The notes: generated by a model not told the origin, from the sequence alone. Shown: positions 7,690 to 18,775, numbered from the stretch's first letter. The stretch is DNA of 64,000 nt from an uncultured Marinilabiliaceae bacterium (GCA_942491535.1 CALOBV010000007.1:2583-66582), one strand, 5' to 3'. A program made the numbers and translations.

Positions 7690-10188
7690 TTACTGTTCCA
7701 CAGCACCATTTTCAATTTGATCTTCCTCGACTGTATCTTCTTCATTTAGTTTAACTTGCGCCACAGCAGCTATAGAATCATTTTCTCGTAAATGAATAAG
7801 ACGAACACCCTGTGTAGCTCTTCCCATTACTCTAAGTGAAGAGACCGGTAACCTCAATACCGTCCCTACCTCTGTTATAATCATAAGATCAAAATTATCG
7901 GTTACTGCCTTAAGAGCCACCAGTTTACCGGTTTTATCGGTTACATTTATTGTTTTTACTCCCTTGCCACCCCTGTTGGTTATCCTGTAATCATCAGTTT
8001 GCGAGCGCTTACCATATCCTTTTTCAGATACAACAAGTAAATTTTCATCACTGTGCTCAACATCAATTGTTACCATGCCAACTACCCTGTCGTTATCATC
8101 ACGACGGGTAATACCTCTAACTCCTGAAGCCGTTCTGCCCATTGGCCTGACTTTTTCTTCCGGGAATCTTATGGCCCTGCCTGATTCAACAGCTAACATA
8201 ATATGATGTTTACCATTTGTAAGTCTTGCCTCCAGAAGCTCATCTCCGTCTCTGACAGTAATTGCATTTACGCCATTTTGTCTTGGGCGTGAATATGCTT
8301 CCAGAGAGGTTTTCTTAATAATCCCGTTTGTGGTGCATAGGACGATGTAGTTATTATTAATATAGTCTTCATCGTTCAGATTCTTGACATTTATATATGC
8401 CATTACTGCATCATCGGGCTCCAGGTTGATCATATTCTGCATAGCCCTCCCCTTCGATGTACGGGTTCCTTCAGGAATCTGGTAAACCTTAAGCCAGAAA
8501 CATTTCCCCTTTCTTGTAAAGAAGAGCATTGTATTATGCATTGTTGCAATATAGAGATGTGAAATAAAGTCTTCTTCACGCGTTGTACTGCCCTTTGCTC
8601 CGATTCCTCCCCTGTTCTGTACCCTGAAATCTGTCAGAGGGGTTCTTTTTATATAACCCATATGTGAGATAGTAATTACCATCTCTTCGTCGGCATAGAA
8701 ATCTTCGGGATTAAATTCTTCTGCATTGGGAACTATCTCTGTCCTGCGTTCATCAGCATATTTTTCCCTAACCTCAATAAGCTCATCCTTGATAATCTGC
8801 ATCTGCAAATCAACATTCTCAAGAATCTCCTTAAAATGCTCGATCTGCTTCATTATCTCATCAAATTCACTTCGCAGCTTATCCTGCTCGAGTCCGGTTA
8901 ACTGGCGCAGTCTCATCTCAACGATTGCCCTTGACTGAATATCAGAGAGGCTGAACCTCTCTATAAGTCTTTCGCGCGCTTCATCAGGAGTCTTTGATGA
9001 TCTGATAATCTGTATTACCTCATCTATATTATCACTGGCAATAATAAGTCCCTCAAGAATATGAGCTCTTTTTTCAGCCTGATCGAGTTCATAGCGTGTA
9101 CGACGAAGAATTACCTCATGCCTGTGATCAACAAAATACCTTATAAGGTCCTTTATAGCCAGTGTACGAGGACGACCTGCAACAAGTGCAATGTTATTAA
9201 CACTGAATGATGTTTGAAGCTGACTGTACTTAAAAAGGGTATTCAGAACGACATTGGCGGTGGCATCCTTCTTAAGGATAATTACTATCCTCATTCCGTT
9301 CCTGTCAGATTCGTCGTTTATATAAGAAATCCCTTCAATCTTCTTATCATTAATTTGATCTGCTATCTTCCTTATCATTTCGGCCTTATTCACCATGTAA
9401 GGAATTTCCGAAACAATTATCTTTTCCCTGCCACTGTCGGTTGTCTCAATCTCAGTCCTGGCTCTTACAACAACTCTACCCCTGCCGGTCTCAAATGCAT
9501 CGCGTATGCCCTGCTCACCGTAAATAATGCCCCCTGTTGGGAAATCAGGTCCTTTGACGTATTCCATAATTCCGTCCACGTCGATATCATTATCTCCTAT
9601 ATAAGCTATTATAGCATCTACTACCTCACCCAGGTTATGCGGAGGCATATTTGTTGCCATACCAACGGCTATACCTGAGGCTCCGTTTAACAGGAGTGTG
9701 GGTATTCGTGTTGGGAATACTGTAGGTTCCTGAAGAGAATCATCGAAATTAAGCTGGAAATCGACTGTGTCCTTATCCAGATCGGACAGTGTCTCTTCGG
9801 CTATCTTTCTCAGCCTTGCCTCAGTATACCTCATTGCAGCCGGGCTATCACCGTCGACCGAACCAAAGTTTCCCTGTCCATCAACAAGTGGATACCTTAG
9901 CGACCATGACTGTGCCATTCTTACCATCGCTTCATATACCGAAGAATCACCATGAGGGTGATACTTACCCAGAACCTCCCCTACTATCCTGGCAGATTTC
10001 TTATATGAACTGTTTGCTTTTACACCGAGTTCTGACATTCCGTACAGCACACGCCTGTGAACAGGCTTTAATCCATCCCTTACATCAGGAAGTGCGCGTG
10101 ATACAATTACCGACATCGAATAGTCGATATATGCCGACTTCATCTCCTCCTCAATATTGATCTTTATGATCTTCTCATTGTCTGACAT
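7690..10188 (-). CDS. gyrA: DNA gyrase subunit A
   Basis: 832 aa with [48 protein letters not shown] and [10 protein letters not shown] (catalytic Tyr region), a C-terminal beta-pinwheel and an acidic tail. Confidence 0.98.
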   Translation of the reverse strand: MSDNEKIIKINIEEEMKSAYIDYSMSVIVSRALPDVRDGLKPVHRRVLYGMSELGVKANSSYKKSARIVGEVLGKYHPHGDSSVYEAMVRMAQSWSLRYPLVDGQGNFGSVDGDSPAAMRYTEARLRKIAEETLSDLDKDTVDFQLNFDDSLQEPTVFPTRIPTLLLNGASGIAVGMATNMPPHNLGEVVDAIIAYIGDNDIDVDGIMEYVKGPDFPTGGIIYGEQGIRDAFETGRGRVVVRARTEIETTDSGREKIIVSEIPYMVNKAEMIRKIADQINDKKIEGISYINDESDRNGMRIVIILKKDATANVVLNTLFKYSQLQTSFSVNNIALVAGRPRTLAIKDLIRYFVDHRHEVILRRTRYELDQAEKRAHILEGLIIASDNIDEVIQIIRSSKTPDEARERLIERFSLSDIQSRAIVEMRLRQLTGLEQDKLRSEFDEIMKQIEHFKEILENVDLQMQIIKDELIEVREKYADERRTEIVPNAEEFNPEDFYADEEMVITISHMGYIKRTPLTDFRVQNRGGIGAKGSTTREEDFISHLYIATMHNTMLFFTRKGKCFWLKVYQIPEGTRTSKGRAMQNMINLEPDDAVMAYINVKNLNDEDYINNNYIVLCTTNGIIKKTSLEAYSRPRQNGVNAITVRDGDELLEARLTNGKHHIMLAVESGRAIRFPEEKVRPMGRTASGVRGITRRDDNDRVVGMVTIDVEHSDENLLVVSEKGYGKRSQTDDYRITNRGGKGVKTINVTDKTGKLVALKAVTDNFDLMIITEVGTVLRLPVSSLRVMGRATQGVRLIHLRENDSIAAVAQVKLNEEDTVEEDQIENGAVEQ

Positions 10189-10454
10189 ATCAGATATTTA
10201 TTTATGAATTTTTTATTAATAATATACTCTGAATTTAGAGAGTACGAAAATAGCTATTTTTTGCCTATTTATCGCATCAGGAGCACTCTATTTTTTAACA
10301 AATACCTGTTAAAATAAGGCATGCTATTTGCACTATTGATTATGCTCTGCTAAATGGAGTATTTAAACCTTTTTTATGTATTTTTGTCGTATAAAATGAC
10401 ACATTGTCTATTTTTTTTATTAATCCGGCCGCAAGCCGTAGTCTGGAGTATATT

Positions 10455-13034
10455 ATGGATTCGAAATTTTCACAAAAAGTAAAAGATATTTTAACCTATA
10501 GCAAGGAAGAAGCTATCAGACTTGGCAATACCCATATAAGTCCTGAGCATCTTTTTCTTGGGATATTAAGGGATGGCGAAGGATTTGCTGTTGATATCCT
10601 TATGAATCAGGGGGTCGACCTTGTTATGTTAAAGGGATCTGTAGAGAAGAATATCCGGGTTGAAGAACCTGCTTCAACAGTTAGTGATAATGATATTCTG
10701 CCACTACTTAAAAGCACAGAGCGTGTATTAAAACTGGTTCATCTTGAGGCCAGGGCACTAAAGAGTGATGTTATTGATACAGAGCATCTTCTGCTGGCAA
10801 TTTTAAAAGAAGAGAATACATTTGTAACACGATATCTATCGGAGCTTAATATTGATTATCAATCAATAAGGCAATTAACAGAAAAAGATTATCCTGCTTC
10901 AAAAGCTGATTTTCCTCATGAGGAAGAGGATGATGACAGTGGCTTTCAGCGTGGCGGACAGGGATCCGGCAAGGGCGGTCAGCAGCTGGGAGGACAGTCA
11001 GGATCAAAATCTTCATCCGATACACCCGTACTCGATAATTTTGGTATCGACCTTACGAGGGCGGCAGAAGAGAATAGGCTCGACCCAATTGTAGGAAGAG
11101 AAAGGGAGATTGAGCGACTGGCACAGATATTATCGCGTCGTAAGAAAAATAACCCGATACTGATTGGTGACCCAGGCGTTGGCAAGTCTGCGATTGCAGA
11201 GGGTCTTGCACTGAGGATAACTCAGAAAAAGGTATCGAGGGTCTTGTTCAATAAACGGGTTGTTACCCTTGATATGGCATCTATTGTTGCCGGAACAAAG
11301 TACCGCGGCCAGTTTGAGGAAAGGATGAAGGCAATACTTAATGAACTGATTAAGAATGAGAACATCATACTCTTTATAGACGAGATTCATACCATTGTTG
11401 GTGCTGGCGGTGCCGCAGGATCGCTCGATGCTGCAAATATGCTTAAACCTGCCCTTGCAAGAGGAGAGATTCAGTGTATAGGTGCTACCACACTGGATGA
11501 ATACAGGCAGCATATTGAGAAAGATGGTGCACTTGAAAGAAGGTTCCAGAAAGTAATGGTAGAACCTACATCAATTGAAGAAACTGTTAATATACTGCAT
11601 AATATAAAGCAACGTTATGAGGATCACCATAATGTAAATTATACTGATGATGCTATTAAGGCATGTGTTAATCTTACAAACAGGTATATCAGCGACAGGC
11701 ACCTGCCAGATAAGGCAATTGATGCTCTGGATGAATCTGGTTCAAGGGTTCATATTTCAAACATTGTTGTTCCTGAAAGGATTCTTAGCCTGGAAGAACA
11801 GCTTGATGAGACCAGAAAGGATAAGATGAGTGCGGTAAAAAACCAGAACTTCGAAAGGGCTGCCAGCTTCAGGGATAAGGAAAAGGAATTACTGGATCAG
11901 ATTGATGCAGAAAAGAAAAAATGGGAGTCTGACCTGTCTCAGAACAGGGAAATAGTTGATGAAGAGAAGGTTGCTGAGGTTGTGGCCATGATGACCGGTG
12001 TGCCAGTTCAGAGAATAGCCCAGACCGAGGGAACAAGGTTGATTCAAATGGGCGATGAGATGAAAAAGAGCCTTATTGGTCAGGATGACGCTATTTCAAA
12101 GATCGTTAAATCCATACAGCGCAACAGGGCCGGACTGAAAGATCCTAATAAACCAATTGGAACTTTTATCTTCCTGGGACCTACCGGTGTGGGTAAAACA
12201 CAGCTTGCAAAGATACTGGCAAAATACCTGTTTGACAGCGGGGAGAACCTTATAAGAGTTGATATGAGTGAGTATATGGAGAAATTCTCTGTATCGAGAC
12301 TTGTCGGAGCTCCTCCCGGGTATGTTGGATATGAGGAAGGTGGCCAGCTTACTGAAAAGGTACGCCGCCGCCCCTATTCTGTCGTATTACTTGATGAGAT
12401 AGAGAAGGCTCATCCGGATGTATTTCATATTTTGCTCCAGGTACTTGACGAAGGTCAACTAACCGATAGTCTTGGACGCAGGGTTGATTTCAGAAATACA
12501 ATTGTAATAATGACATCTAATATCGGAACCCGCCAGTTAAAGGAATTTGGACAGGGAGTGGGATTTGATACTTCGGCCAAGCATGAAGGCAGAAACAAGT
12601 ATGCCAACAGTGTTATTCAAAAAGCCTTGCATAAAACATTTGCTCCTGAGTTTCTGAACAGGATAGATGATGTAATTGTATTTGGTTCCTTATCGAAGGA
12701 AGATATACGCCAGATTATTGATATTGAGTTAAAAGGCCTGTTCGAAAGGGTCTTGTCGCTTGGTTACTTAATTAAGTTATCAGATGCTGCCAAGGATTTT
12801 ATTGCAGAAAAAGGCTTTGATTCACAATATGGAGCAAGACCACTTAAACGGGCAATACAAAAGTACCTTGAGGATCCTATGGCTGAAGTGATTATTAAGT
12901 CAAATCTTAAGATTGGCGATACTGTAGTTGTAGCTATGGATAAGAAGAATGAGGAGATTACTATTAAGGTTAAGAAAAAACCGAAGAAGATAGAAGATTC
13001 TGATACTAAGAAGGAACTACCCCCTGCAGAGTAA
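10455..13034 (+). CDS. clpC: ATP-dependent Clp protease ATP-binding subunit ClpC-type (two AAA+ modules)
   Basis: Clp_N repeats, Walker A motifs [10 protein letters not shown] and [12 protein letters not shown], and a UVR-like middle segment ([17 protein letters not shown]). The track ORF starts at 10404. I prefer M18 (MDSKFSQKV, 10455). Confidence 0.92.
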   Translation: MDSKFSQKVKDILTYSKEEAIRLGNTHISPEHLFLGILRDGEGFAVDILMNQGVDLVMLKGSVEKNIRVEEPASTVSDNDILPLLKSTERVLKLVHLEARALKSDVIDTEHLLLAILKEENTFVTRYLSELNIDYQSIRQLTEKDYPASKADFPHEEEDDDSGFQRGGQGSGKGGQQLGGQSGSKSSSDTPVLDNFGIDLTRAAEENRLDPIVGREREIERLAQILSRRKKNNPILIGDPGVGKSAIAEGLALRITQKKVSRVLFNKRVVTLDMASIVAGTKYRGQFEERMKAILNELIKNENIILFIDEIHTIVGAGGAAGSLDAANMLKPALARGEIQCIGATTLDEYRQHIEKDGALERRFQKVMVEPTSIEETVNILHNIKQRYEDHHNVNYTDDAIKACVNLTNRYISDRHLPDKAIDALDESGSRVHISNIVVPERILSLEEQLDETRKDKMSAVKNQNFERAASFRDKEKELLDQIDAEKKKWESDLSQNREIVDEEKVAEVVAMMTGVPVQRIAQTEGTRLIQMGDEMKKSLIGQDDAISKIVKSIQRNRAGLKDPNKPIGTFIFLGPTGVGKTQLAKILAKYLFDSGENLIRVDMSEYMEKFSVSRLVGAPPGYVGYEEGGQLTEKVRRRPYSVVLLDEIEKAHPDVFHILLQVLDEGQLTDSLGRRVDFRNTIVIMTSNIGTRQLKEFGQGVGFDTSAKHEGRNKYANSVIQKALHKTFAPEFLNRIDDVIVFGSLSKEDIRQIIDIELKGLFERVLSLGYLIKLSDAAKDFIAEKGFDSQYGARPLKRAIQKYLEDPMAEVIIKSNLKIGDTVVVAMDKKNEEITIKVKKKPKKIEDSDTKKELPPAE

Positions 13035-13065
13035 AAGGCATGTAGTCGGTGGGCTAGATGAGTAG

Positions 13066-13095
13066 AGGGTGGATGGGTTGAGGGTGGATGGGTTC
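13066..13095. repeat. 15-bp tandem duplication AGGGTGGATGGGTTG/C with four GGG tracts
   Basis: Read directly. It sits between convergent clpC (stop 13034) and rimO (stop 13122). Confidence 0.8.
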
Positions 13096-13121
13096 CCTGC
13101 CCTAAGGCTTAAGTCTTATGA

Positions 13122-14426
13122 CTAAATTACAATCTCGCCGACCAGGTCAAATTCTGAGGCTGAAGTAATCTTTACAAAAGTAAAATCACCAGGTTTTAGA
13201 TCTGTATCATTTCTGGGGATCATTATTTCCTGGTCAACATCAGGGCTATCGTATTCGCTTCTGCCATAATAATATAGCCCTTCCACCCTATCTATAATTA
13301 CTTCAAGCTCCTTCCCTATTGTATTTATATTTTTCGACAGGGATATATCCTGTTGAAGGCTCATTAACTCCTCCATCCGGGCCTGTTTAATATTATCAGG
13401 AACAGAATCTTCGTATTTCAGCCCTCCGTAAGTATCCTCTTCATGTGAGTAGGTAAACACACCAAGCCTGTCGAACCTGTATTCAAGGATGAATTCCTTC
13501 ATTTCCTCAAAATCCGCATCAGTTTCACCCGGGTGGCCGGCTATAAGCGTGGTACGAACAGCGGCATCGGGCAGCAGATCCCTTATTTTAAGCAGCAAAT
13601 CCCTTGTTTCCTGTCCGCCATGACTCCTCCTCATCTTTTTTAGTATACTGTCTGAGATATGTTGAACAGGCAAATCTATATATTTACATACCTTTGAATT
13701 ACTGATCATTATGTCGATTATATCAAGAGGAAAATTAGCTGGATACAGGTAGTGAAGCCTGATCCATCTTATTTCCTGTATATCTGCTAATCTTTCTACC
13801 AGATATGCCAGCTTTTGCTCTCCATACAGATCAATACCATAATAGCTAAGATCCTGTGCAATAAGTATTAATTCCCTCACTCCTTTCCCCGCCAGTATCC
13901 GGGCTTCATCAAGGATATCCTCAATTGATCTGCTGGTATATGGACCCCTGATCATTGGGATAGCACAGAAAGCGCATGTACGATTACATCCTTCGCTTAT
14001 TTTGAGATAAGCATAGTGAGACGGACCGCTCAGAATGCGCTCATTAACAAGTTCCTCATGATAATCTTTTCCCAGTCCCTGAAGTACTTCCATGGGATTA
14101 TTAACCCCGAAATAATCATCTACTTCAGGAATCTCCACCCTGAGCTTATCAGCATAGCGTTCACTAAGACAGCCCATTACAAATAGTTTATCTATTTTCC
14201 CTTCCCTGCGTGCTTCAATAAATTGCAGTATTGTATCGATAGATTCTTCCTTAGCATCGTTTATAAAGCCACATGTGTTAATTATTACAACGTCTGCATC
14301 AAAACTATAGTCATCATGTACAACATTGTACCCAGCCCTGCTGAATTGGCTCATGAGTTTTTCTGAATCGACTGTGTTTTTGGAGCAGCCAAGTGTAATA
14401 ATATTAAGGCCCGGGGTGTGTGGCAT
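13122..14426 (-). CDS. rimO: Ribosomal protein S12 methylthiotransferase RimO (radical SAM MTTase)
   Basis: N-terminal ITLGCSKNTVDSE, radical-SAM CNRTCAFCAIP, C-terminal TRAM. The 434-aa size and N-terminal motif fit RimO rather than MiaB. Confidence 0.85.
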   Translation of the reverse strand: MPHTPGLNIITLGCSKNTVDSEKLMSQFSRAGYNVVHDDYSFDADVVIINTCGFINDAKEESIDTILQFIEARREGKIDKLFVMGCLSERYADKLRVEIPEVDDYFGVNNPMEVLQGLGKDYHEELVNERILSGPSHYAYLKISEGCNRTCAFCAIPMIRGPYTSRSIEDILDEARILAGKGVRELILIAQDLSYYGIDLYGEQKLAYLVERLADIQEIRWIRLHYLYPANFPLDIIDIMISNSKVCKYIDLPVQHISDSILKKMRRSHGGQETRDLLLKIRDLLPDAAVRTTLIAGHPGETDADFEEMKEFILEYRFDRLGVFTYSHEEDTYGGLKYEDSVPDNIKQARMEELMSLQQDISLSKNINTIGKELEVIIDRVEGLYYYGRSEYDSPDVDQEIMIPRNDTDLKPGDFTFVKITSASEFDLVGEIVI

Positions 14427-14438
14427 GGAAAAGGGAGT

Positions 14439-15392
14439 TTAGCTAGAAAACAGGGAGTCAACAAATTCGTGTCGGTTAAAGATTTGCAGGTGCTCCATCT
14501 TTTCGCCAATACCTATATATTTTACAGGAACCTTAAACTGGTCGGATATACCAATTACAACGCCTCCTTTAGCCGTTCCGTCAAGCTTTGTAATTGCCAT
14601 TGCAGTAACATTTGTTGCAGCTGTAAACTGTTTAGCCTGCTCAAAGGCATTCTGGCCTGTTGAACCATCGAGTATCAGAAGAACTTCGTGGGGAGCATCA
14701 ATTATAACCTTCTCCATAACTCTCTTAATCTTAGAGAGTTCATTCATAAGATTTATCTTATTGTGCAATCTGCCAGCCGTATCAATAATTACAACATCAT
14801 AGTTGCCGGCCACTGCTGATTTCAGTGTATCGAAGGCTACTGATGCCGGATCGGATCCCATGCTCTGTTTGATTAAATCCACTTCTGTTCTATCGGCCCA
14901 TATCTGTAGCTGTTCGATGGCTGCAGCCCTGAATGTATCTGCAGCTCCAAGTAATACTTTCTTTCCGGCCTTCTTGTATTGATAGGCCATTTTAGCTATC
15001 GTAGTAGTCTTGCCAACCCCATTAACCCCAACAACCATAATAACATAGGGTTTTTCAGGCAGGGTCTCATCAAAACCACTTATCTCACCTGACTTATTCT
15101 CTTCGAGCAGGGCCTCAATTTCTTCAATTAATATCTTATTAAGCTCGCCAGTATTGAGGTAGTGATCTGAGGAAACCCTTTTTTCAATTCTTTCGATAAT
15201 CTTGATTGTGGTATCTACCCCGACATCTGATGTAATCAACACCTCTTCCAGCCTGTCAAGAACCTCATCATCAACACTGGACTTACCCACTACAGCACGC
15301 GAGAGTTTCTTAAATACGTTCTCCTTGGTCTTTTCCAGGCCCTTATTTAAATCCTCCTTTTTATCCTTGCTTAGAAATCCGAGTAATGCCAT
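14439..15392 (-). CDS. ftsY: Signal recognition particle receptor FtsY
   Basis: GVNGVGKTTTIAK, DTAGRLHNK and TKLDGTAKGG motifs in 317 aa. Confidence 0.95.
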   Translation of the reverse strand: MALLGFLSKDKKEDLNKGLEKTKENVFKKLSRAVVGKSSVDDEVLDRLEEVLITSDVGVDTTIKIIERIEKRVSSDHYLNTGELNKILIEEIEALLEENKSGEISGFDETLPEKPYVIMVVGVNGVGKTTTIAKMAYQYKKAGKKVLLGAADTFRAAAIEQLQIWADRTEVDLIKQSMGSDPASVAFDTLKSAVAGNYDVVIIDTAGRLHNKINLMNELSKIKRVMEKVIIDAPHEVLLILDGSTGQNAFEQAKQFTAATNVTAMAITKLDGTAKGGVVIGISDQFKVPVKYIGIGEKMEHLQIFNRHEFVDSLFSS

Positions 15393-15401
15393 TCCTTTTA
15401 C

Positions 15402-15441
15402 GTTTAAGCGTTTAAGTGTTTAAGTGTTTAAAGGTTAGAGC
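15402..15441. repeat. 8-mer tandem array GTTTAAGY x4-5
   Basis: GTTTAAGC GTTTAAGT GTTTAAGT GTTTAAAG GTTAGAGC. It begins 10 nt upstream of the ftsY start codon. Confidence 0.8.
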
Positions 15442-15549
15442 TTAGATAATTTGATTAACGAGATAATAAAATTAGCATTTTTTTTCAAGATAGGACTAAT
15501 TGCTACATGCCCTGTGCCCTCTGCTCCTTGCCAAAACAGCCAGGTTTTG

Positions 15550-15583
15550 AAAAAAAAAGCTCTCTTCAAAAAGAAGAAAGCTT
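15550..15583 (-). terminator. Rho-independent terminator of the rpmB-rpmG-DUF4295 operon
   Basis: Minus-strand AGCTTTCTTC-TTTTT-GAAGAGAGCT: a 10-bp stem with one G-U pair, followed by T8. Confidence 0.8.
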
Positions 15584-15607
15584 ATTTTATAGCTTGTTCA
15601 GGTATTT

Positions 15608-15760
15608 CTAGTTTTTAAAGAAATCCTTAATATGGTCATTATGAACAACTTCTTCTTTGAAGATATATGCTCCTGACTTCTCTGACTTAATCATCTTTAT
15701 ACACTTTGTAAATGATCTGCCAGTTCCTGATTTAAGTGTTGCAACAACTTTCTTTGCCAT
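15608..15760 (-). CDS. DUF4295 family small protein
   Basis: Below the ORF-track cutoff. My translation: MAKKVVATLKSGTGRSFTKCIKMIKSEKSGAYIFKEEVVHNDHIKDFFKN. It lies immediately downstream of rpmG, as is usual in Bacteroidota. Confidence 0.75.
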   Translation of the reverse strand: MAKKVVATLKSGTGRSFTKCIKMIKSEKSGAYIFKEEVVHNDHIKDFFKN

Positions 15761-15770
15761 GACTTAATAT

Positions 15771-15959
15771 TTACTTGATTTCTCTATGTAATGTATACTT
15801 CTTCAAAATAGGATTATATTTCATCCTCTCCAGGCGATCAGGTGTATTCTTCCTGTTTTTGGTAGTAATATACCTGGATGTTCCCGGCCGTCCACTATCT
15901 TTGTGTTCTGTGCATTCAAGAATTACCTGAATCCTGTTACCTTTTGATTTCTTTGCCAT
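15771..15959 (-). CDS. rpmG: 50S ribosomal protein L33
   Basis: 62 aa, [20 protein letters not shown]...[33 protein letters not shown]. Confidence 0.95.
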   Translation of the reverse strand: MAKKSKGNRIQVILECTEHKDSGRPGTSRYITTKNRKNTPDRLERMKYNPILKKYTLHREIK

Positions 15960-15970
15960 TTTATCCAGGT

Positions 15971-16213
15971 TTAATAATTAACAATATATCCTTTTTCCTT
16001 CGCATCTTTGAGGGTTGCGTGTAATCCCTTCTTGTTTATTATTCTGATTCCGGCGGCAGAAATATTTAAAGTTACCCAGCGATCTTCTTCCGGATAATAA
16101 AATTTCTTGGTAAACAGATTTGGATAAAACTTTCTCTTGGTCCTTCTCTTCGAGTGAGATACGTTATTCCCTACTGCCACTTTCTTGCCGGTTATCTGAC
16201 ATATCTTAGACAT
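15971..16213 (-). CDS. rpmB: 50S ribosomal protein L28
   Basis: 80 aa, [33 protein letters not shown]. Confidence 0.95.
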   Translation of the reverse strand: MSKICQITGKKVAVGNNVSHSKRRTKRKFYPNLFTKKFYYPEEDRWVTLNISAAGIRIINKKGLHATLKDAKEKGYIVNY

Positions 16214-16417
16214 CTCTCTGTGTTTTAAATCTCGTTACTTATAAGTGCAAAATTCGAAGCGCAAAATAAGTGATTTTTATTTAATTATGCAAGAATATAA
16301 TATGTATTTTTTAACAATGCTGTATTGTAAGAGAAGGCGGAGTCTGCTACCTGCTAAAATAGCGACCTGTAAACACGGGTTGGGCTTATGATAAATTAAT
16401 CTTTATATATCACAATA

Positions 16418-17668
16418 TCAACTATTTATATCGGCGATAATTTGCTTTCTCAGCATATTAAGTGCGGTCAGTGAAGCACGTCTTATATTATGTTCACGGA
16501 TACTGCCTAAATTGAATCTAAGGGCTATTGAGCCGCTTTCCGAACTTACTGCCACCCAAACTGTACCCACGGGTTTCTCTTTTGTCCCCCCATCCGGACC
16601 GGCAATACCTGTTGTTGACACCGAATAATCGCTCGAAAATCTCTTTCTTATTCCTTCAGCCATTGCAATAGCAACCTCCCTGCTTACTGCCCCCTTATCA
16701 TTAATAATTTCCGGCAAAACACTTAATTCCCTGGTTTTAATATCATTATGATAGGCCACTATTGATCCGATCAGGTATGCTGAGCTTCCTGGTACTCCGG
16801 TTATCATACTCGAGATATTACCTCCTGTACATGATTCAGCTATTGCTATTGTCTTATTACTTACTTTTAGAAGTCTGCCTATGCATTGCTCCAGCAGCTC
16901 ACCGTCATAGCCATAGATAAATTCAGGTATCATCTTCTGCAGCAATTCTATCTGCTGCTCAATTTGCCTGGCTAAAACCGACTCATCCTCACCCCTGGCG
17001 GTTAACCTGAGTTTAATAATCCCTGAAGTAGGCAGGTAGGCAAGTGTAATATTCCCGGGCAGCTGGTTTTCGAAAGGTTCCAGTATCTCAGCAAGCTTTG
17101 CTTCAAAGGTTCCATAAACCATTACCAGACGGTATGTTATTACTCCTTTACTAAAGTTATTATTTAAGTACGGAATAAACTGATTGGTCATGATATCTTT
17201 CATCTCATAGGGCACGCCGGGCATGGCAACCAGTATCTTTTTGTCTTTTTTAAAGAGCATACCCGGGGCAGTACCTCTCCCATTTGGCAGGATTTCGCAC
17301 ACAGAAGGTACCATTGCCTGTCTGCGGTTATTTTCATTCATTTCAAGTCCTCTTACAGAAAGGAGGCTTTGGATATACTCCAGTACTGTGTCATTCACGA
17401 TTAGATCGGAGTCGAAATATTCAGCCAGTGTTTCCTTTGTTATATCATCACTTGTTGGTCCCAGTCCGCCAGTTACAAGAACAATATCAGAACGATTCAT
17501 TGCCAGATCAATAGCTTCAAGTATATGATCTTTATTGTCTGATATTGAGGTAATTTGATAAACCTTAATTCCAAGATTTGTTAACTCCTGTCCCATCCAG
17601 GCCGAGTTAGTATCTACGGTCATTCCGATTAATAATTCATCTCCTATGGTAATAATTTCTGCCTGCAT
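16418..17668 (-). CDS. cinA: CinA family competence/damage-inducible protein (MoCF-binding domain + nicotinamide-nucleotide amidase domain)
   Basis: N-terminal AEIITIGDELLIG..DTNS..VTGGLGPTSDD and C-terminal AESCTGG..STTGIAGP in 416 aa. Confidence 0.9.
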   Translation of the reverse strand: MQAEIITIGDELLIGMTVDTNSAWMGQELTNLGIKVYQITSISDNKDHILEAIDLAMNRSDIVLVTGGLGPTSDDITKETLAEYFDSDLIVNDTVLEYIQSLLSVRGLEMNENNRRQAMVPSVCEILPNGRGTAPGMLFKKDKKILVAMPGVPYEMKDIMTNQFIPYLNNNFSKGVITYRLVMVYGTFEAKLAEILEPFENQLPGNITLAYLPTSGIIKLRLTARGEDESVLARQIEQQIELLQKMIPEFIYGYDGELLEQCIGRLLKVSNKTIAIAESCTGGNISSMITGVPGSSAYLIGSIVAYHNDIKTRELSVLPEIINDKGAVSREVAIAMAEGIRKRFSSDYSVSTTGIAGPDGGTKEKPVGTVWVAVSSESGSIALRFNLGSIREHNIRRASLTALNMLRKQIIADINS

Positions 17669-17677
17669 CTTTAATAT

Positions 17678-17827
17678 GTTGAAGTGTTAAATGGTAAAAC
17701 GTTAAATTGTTAAATGTTGAAATGTTGAAATGTTGAAATGTTGAAATTGTTGTTAAAAAATTGTGTAAGCGTTAAATTGTTGAAATGTTGAAATGTTGAA
17801 GTGTTAAAGTGTTAAATGGTTGAAAGG
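17678..17827. repeat. C-depleted degenerate 8-mer tandem tract (GTTGAAAT family)
   Basis: GTTGAAGT GTTAAATG ... GTTGAAAT x4 ... GTTGAAAT GTTGAAAT GTTGAAGT GTTAAAGT GTTAAATG GTTGAAAG. Only 2 C in about 200 nt when the adjacent heptamer array is included. It starts 10 nt upstream of the cinA ATG. Confidence 0.85.
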
Positions 17828-17876
17828 TTTAGGGTTTAGGGTTTAGGGTTTAGGGTTTAGGGTTTAGGGTTTAGGG
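17828..17876 (+). repeat. (TTTAGGG)x7 perfect heptamer array
   Basis: Counted directly from 17821-17880: tgaaagg + 7 x tttaggg + ttgt. Confidence 0.95.
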
Positions 17877-17979
17877 TTGTGAATCAAGATTTTAAACTAT
17901 CTCAAGCACTTAGACCTATTAATTTTCAAAATACAAAGTTATTTTTTGTATGTTCAATGACCAATAATTTGTCTTAATA

Positions 17980-18630
17980 ATGAATAAAGAATTAATAATT
18001 AAGCAATCAGTTGAATTTGTTAAAAGGTATATGGAGGATAAGGAGGCCGGACATAACTGGTGGCATATTCAAAGGGTTAGGGAAAATGCCAGGTATATTC
18101 TCTCGAAGGAAGGCCGGGGAGATCCATTAATTATCGAACTATCGGCACTTATGCATGATATAGGAGATGACAAAATTGATGCTGAAACAGATGGGATTAA
18201 ACTTGTTGGAGGCTTTCTAAGCAAGCTCGATGCAGATTCCGGGGTAATTGAGGCTGTTACAGAGATAATGGCTAAGATATCATTCAGAGACAGTTTTGAG
18301 GGGTCATATTCACGGAGTACTGAGCTTGATATCGTTCAGGATGCTGACCGCCTTGATGCCATTGGTGCCATAGGTATTGCAAGGGCTTTTGCTTATGGAG
18401 GATCAAAAGGAAATGAGATTTATAATCCTGGAAAAGGGATACGGAGCTATAAAACAAAAAAGGAGTACACTGCTTCAGACTCTTCAACCATAAATCATTT
18501 TTATGAGAAGCTCTTGTTAATTAAAGGTATGATGAATACAGAAACCGGCCGACGTCTGGCATTTGAGCGGCATCAATATATGGAAGAGTTCCTGGAGCAA
18601 TTCAGGAAGGAATGGAGTATCGAGGAATGA
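17980..18630 (+). CDS. HD-domain phosphohydrolase (YedJ-like)
   Basis: HNWWHIQRV, LMHDIGD and DADRLDAIGAIG motifs in 216 aa. Confidence 0.8.
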   Translation: MNKELIIKQSVEFVKRYMEDKEAGHNWWHIQRVRENARYILSKEGRGDPLIIELSALMHDIGDDKIDAETDGIKLVGGFLSKLDADSGVIEAVTEIMAKISFRDSFEGSYSRSTELDIVQDADRLDAIGAIGIARAFAYGGSKGNEIYNPGKGIRSYKTKKEYTASDSSTINHFYEKLLLIKGMMNTETGRRLAFERHQYMEEFLEQFRKEWSIEE

Positions 18631-18698
18631 AGTATGAGTATATAGACCTATTCAGCAAATTTTTCTCCCCTGATTTTTAACTGCCTTAGTGCTTTTAA

Positions 18699-18775
18699 TC
18701 TTTTTACTTTTTATCTTTTTACTTTATCTTTTTACTTTTGTCTTTTTACTTTTGTCTTTTGTCTTTTGTCTTTAT
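18699..18775. repeat. Pyrimidine-rich tandem array (TCTTTTTACTTT x4, then TCTTTTG x3) abutting the tRNA 5' end
   Basis: Units at 18699, 18714, 18727 and 18741. Heptamers at 18755, 18762 and 18769. The array ends 2 nt before the tRNA. Confidence 0.8.

Noticed and set aside
8726-10160. Antisense ORFs inside gyrA (8726-8938, 9214-9678, 9767-9955, 9789-10160), and similar shadow ORFs opposite clpC, sucD, the Pat-like gene, the MMPL gene and the giant repeat gene
   Set aside because: They overlap strongly supported genes on the other strand, have odd compositions and contain no motifs. These are typical shadow ORFs.
10404-10454. Upstream start of clpC (MSIFFINPAASRSLEYI..), and likewise 48187 for the giant protein, 34198 for the BNR lipoprotein and 22361 for fabG
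   Set aside because: The extensions precede canonical N-termini (Clp_N, signal peptides, the Rossmann GxxxGxG) and add no recognisable sequence, so the downstream Met is preferred.
17828-17876. (TTTAGGG)x7 as evidence of plant DNA contamination or a linear-replicon telomere
   Set aside because: It is only 49 bp and is embedded seamlessly between bacterial cinA and an HD hydrolase, within a larger bacterial-style degenerate repeat tract.
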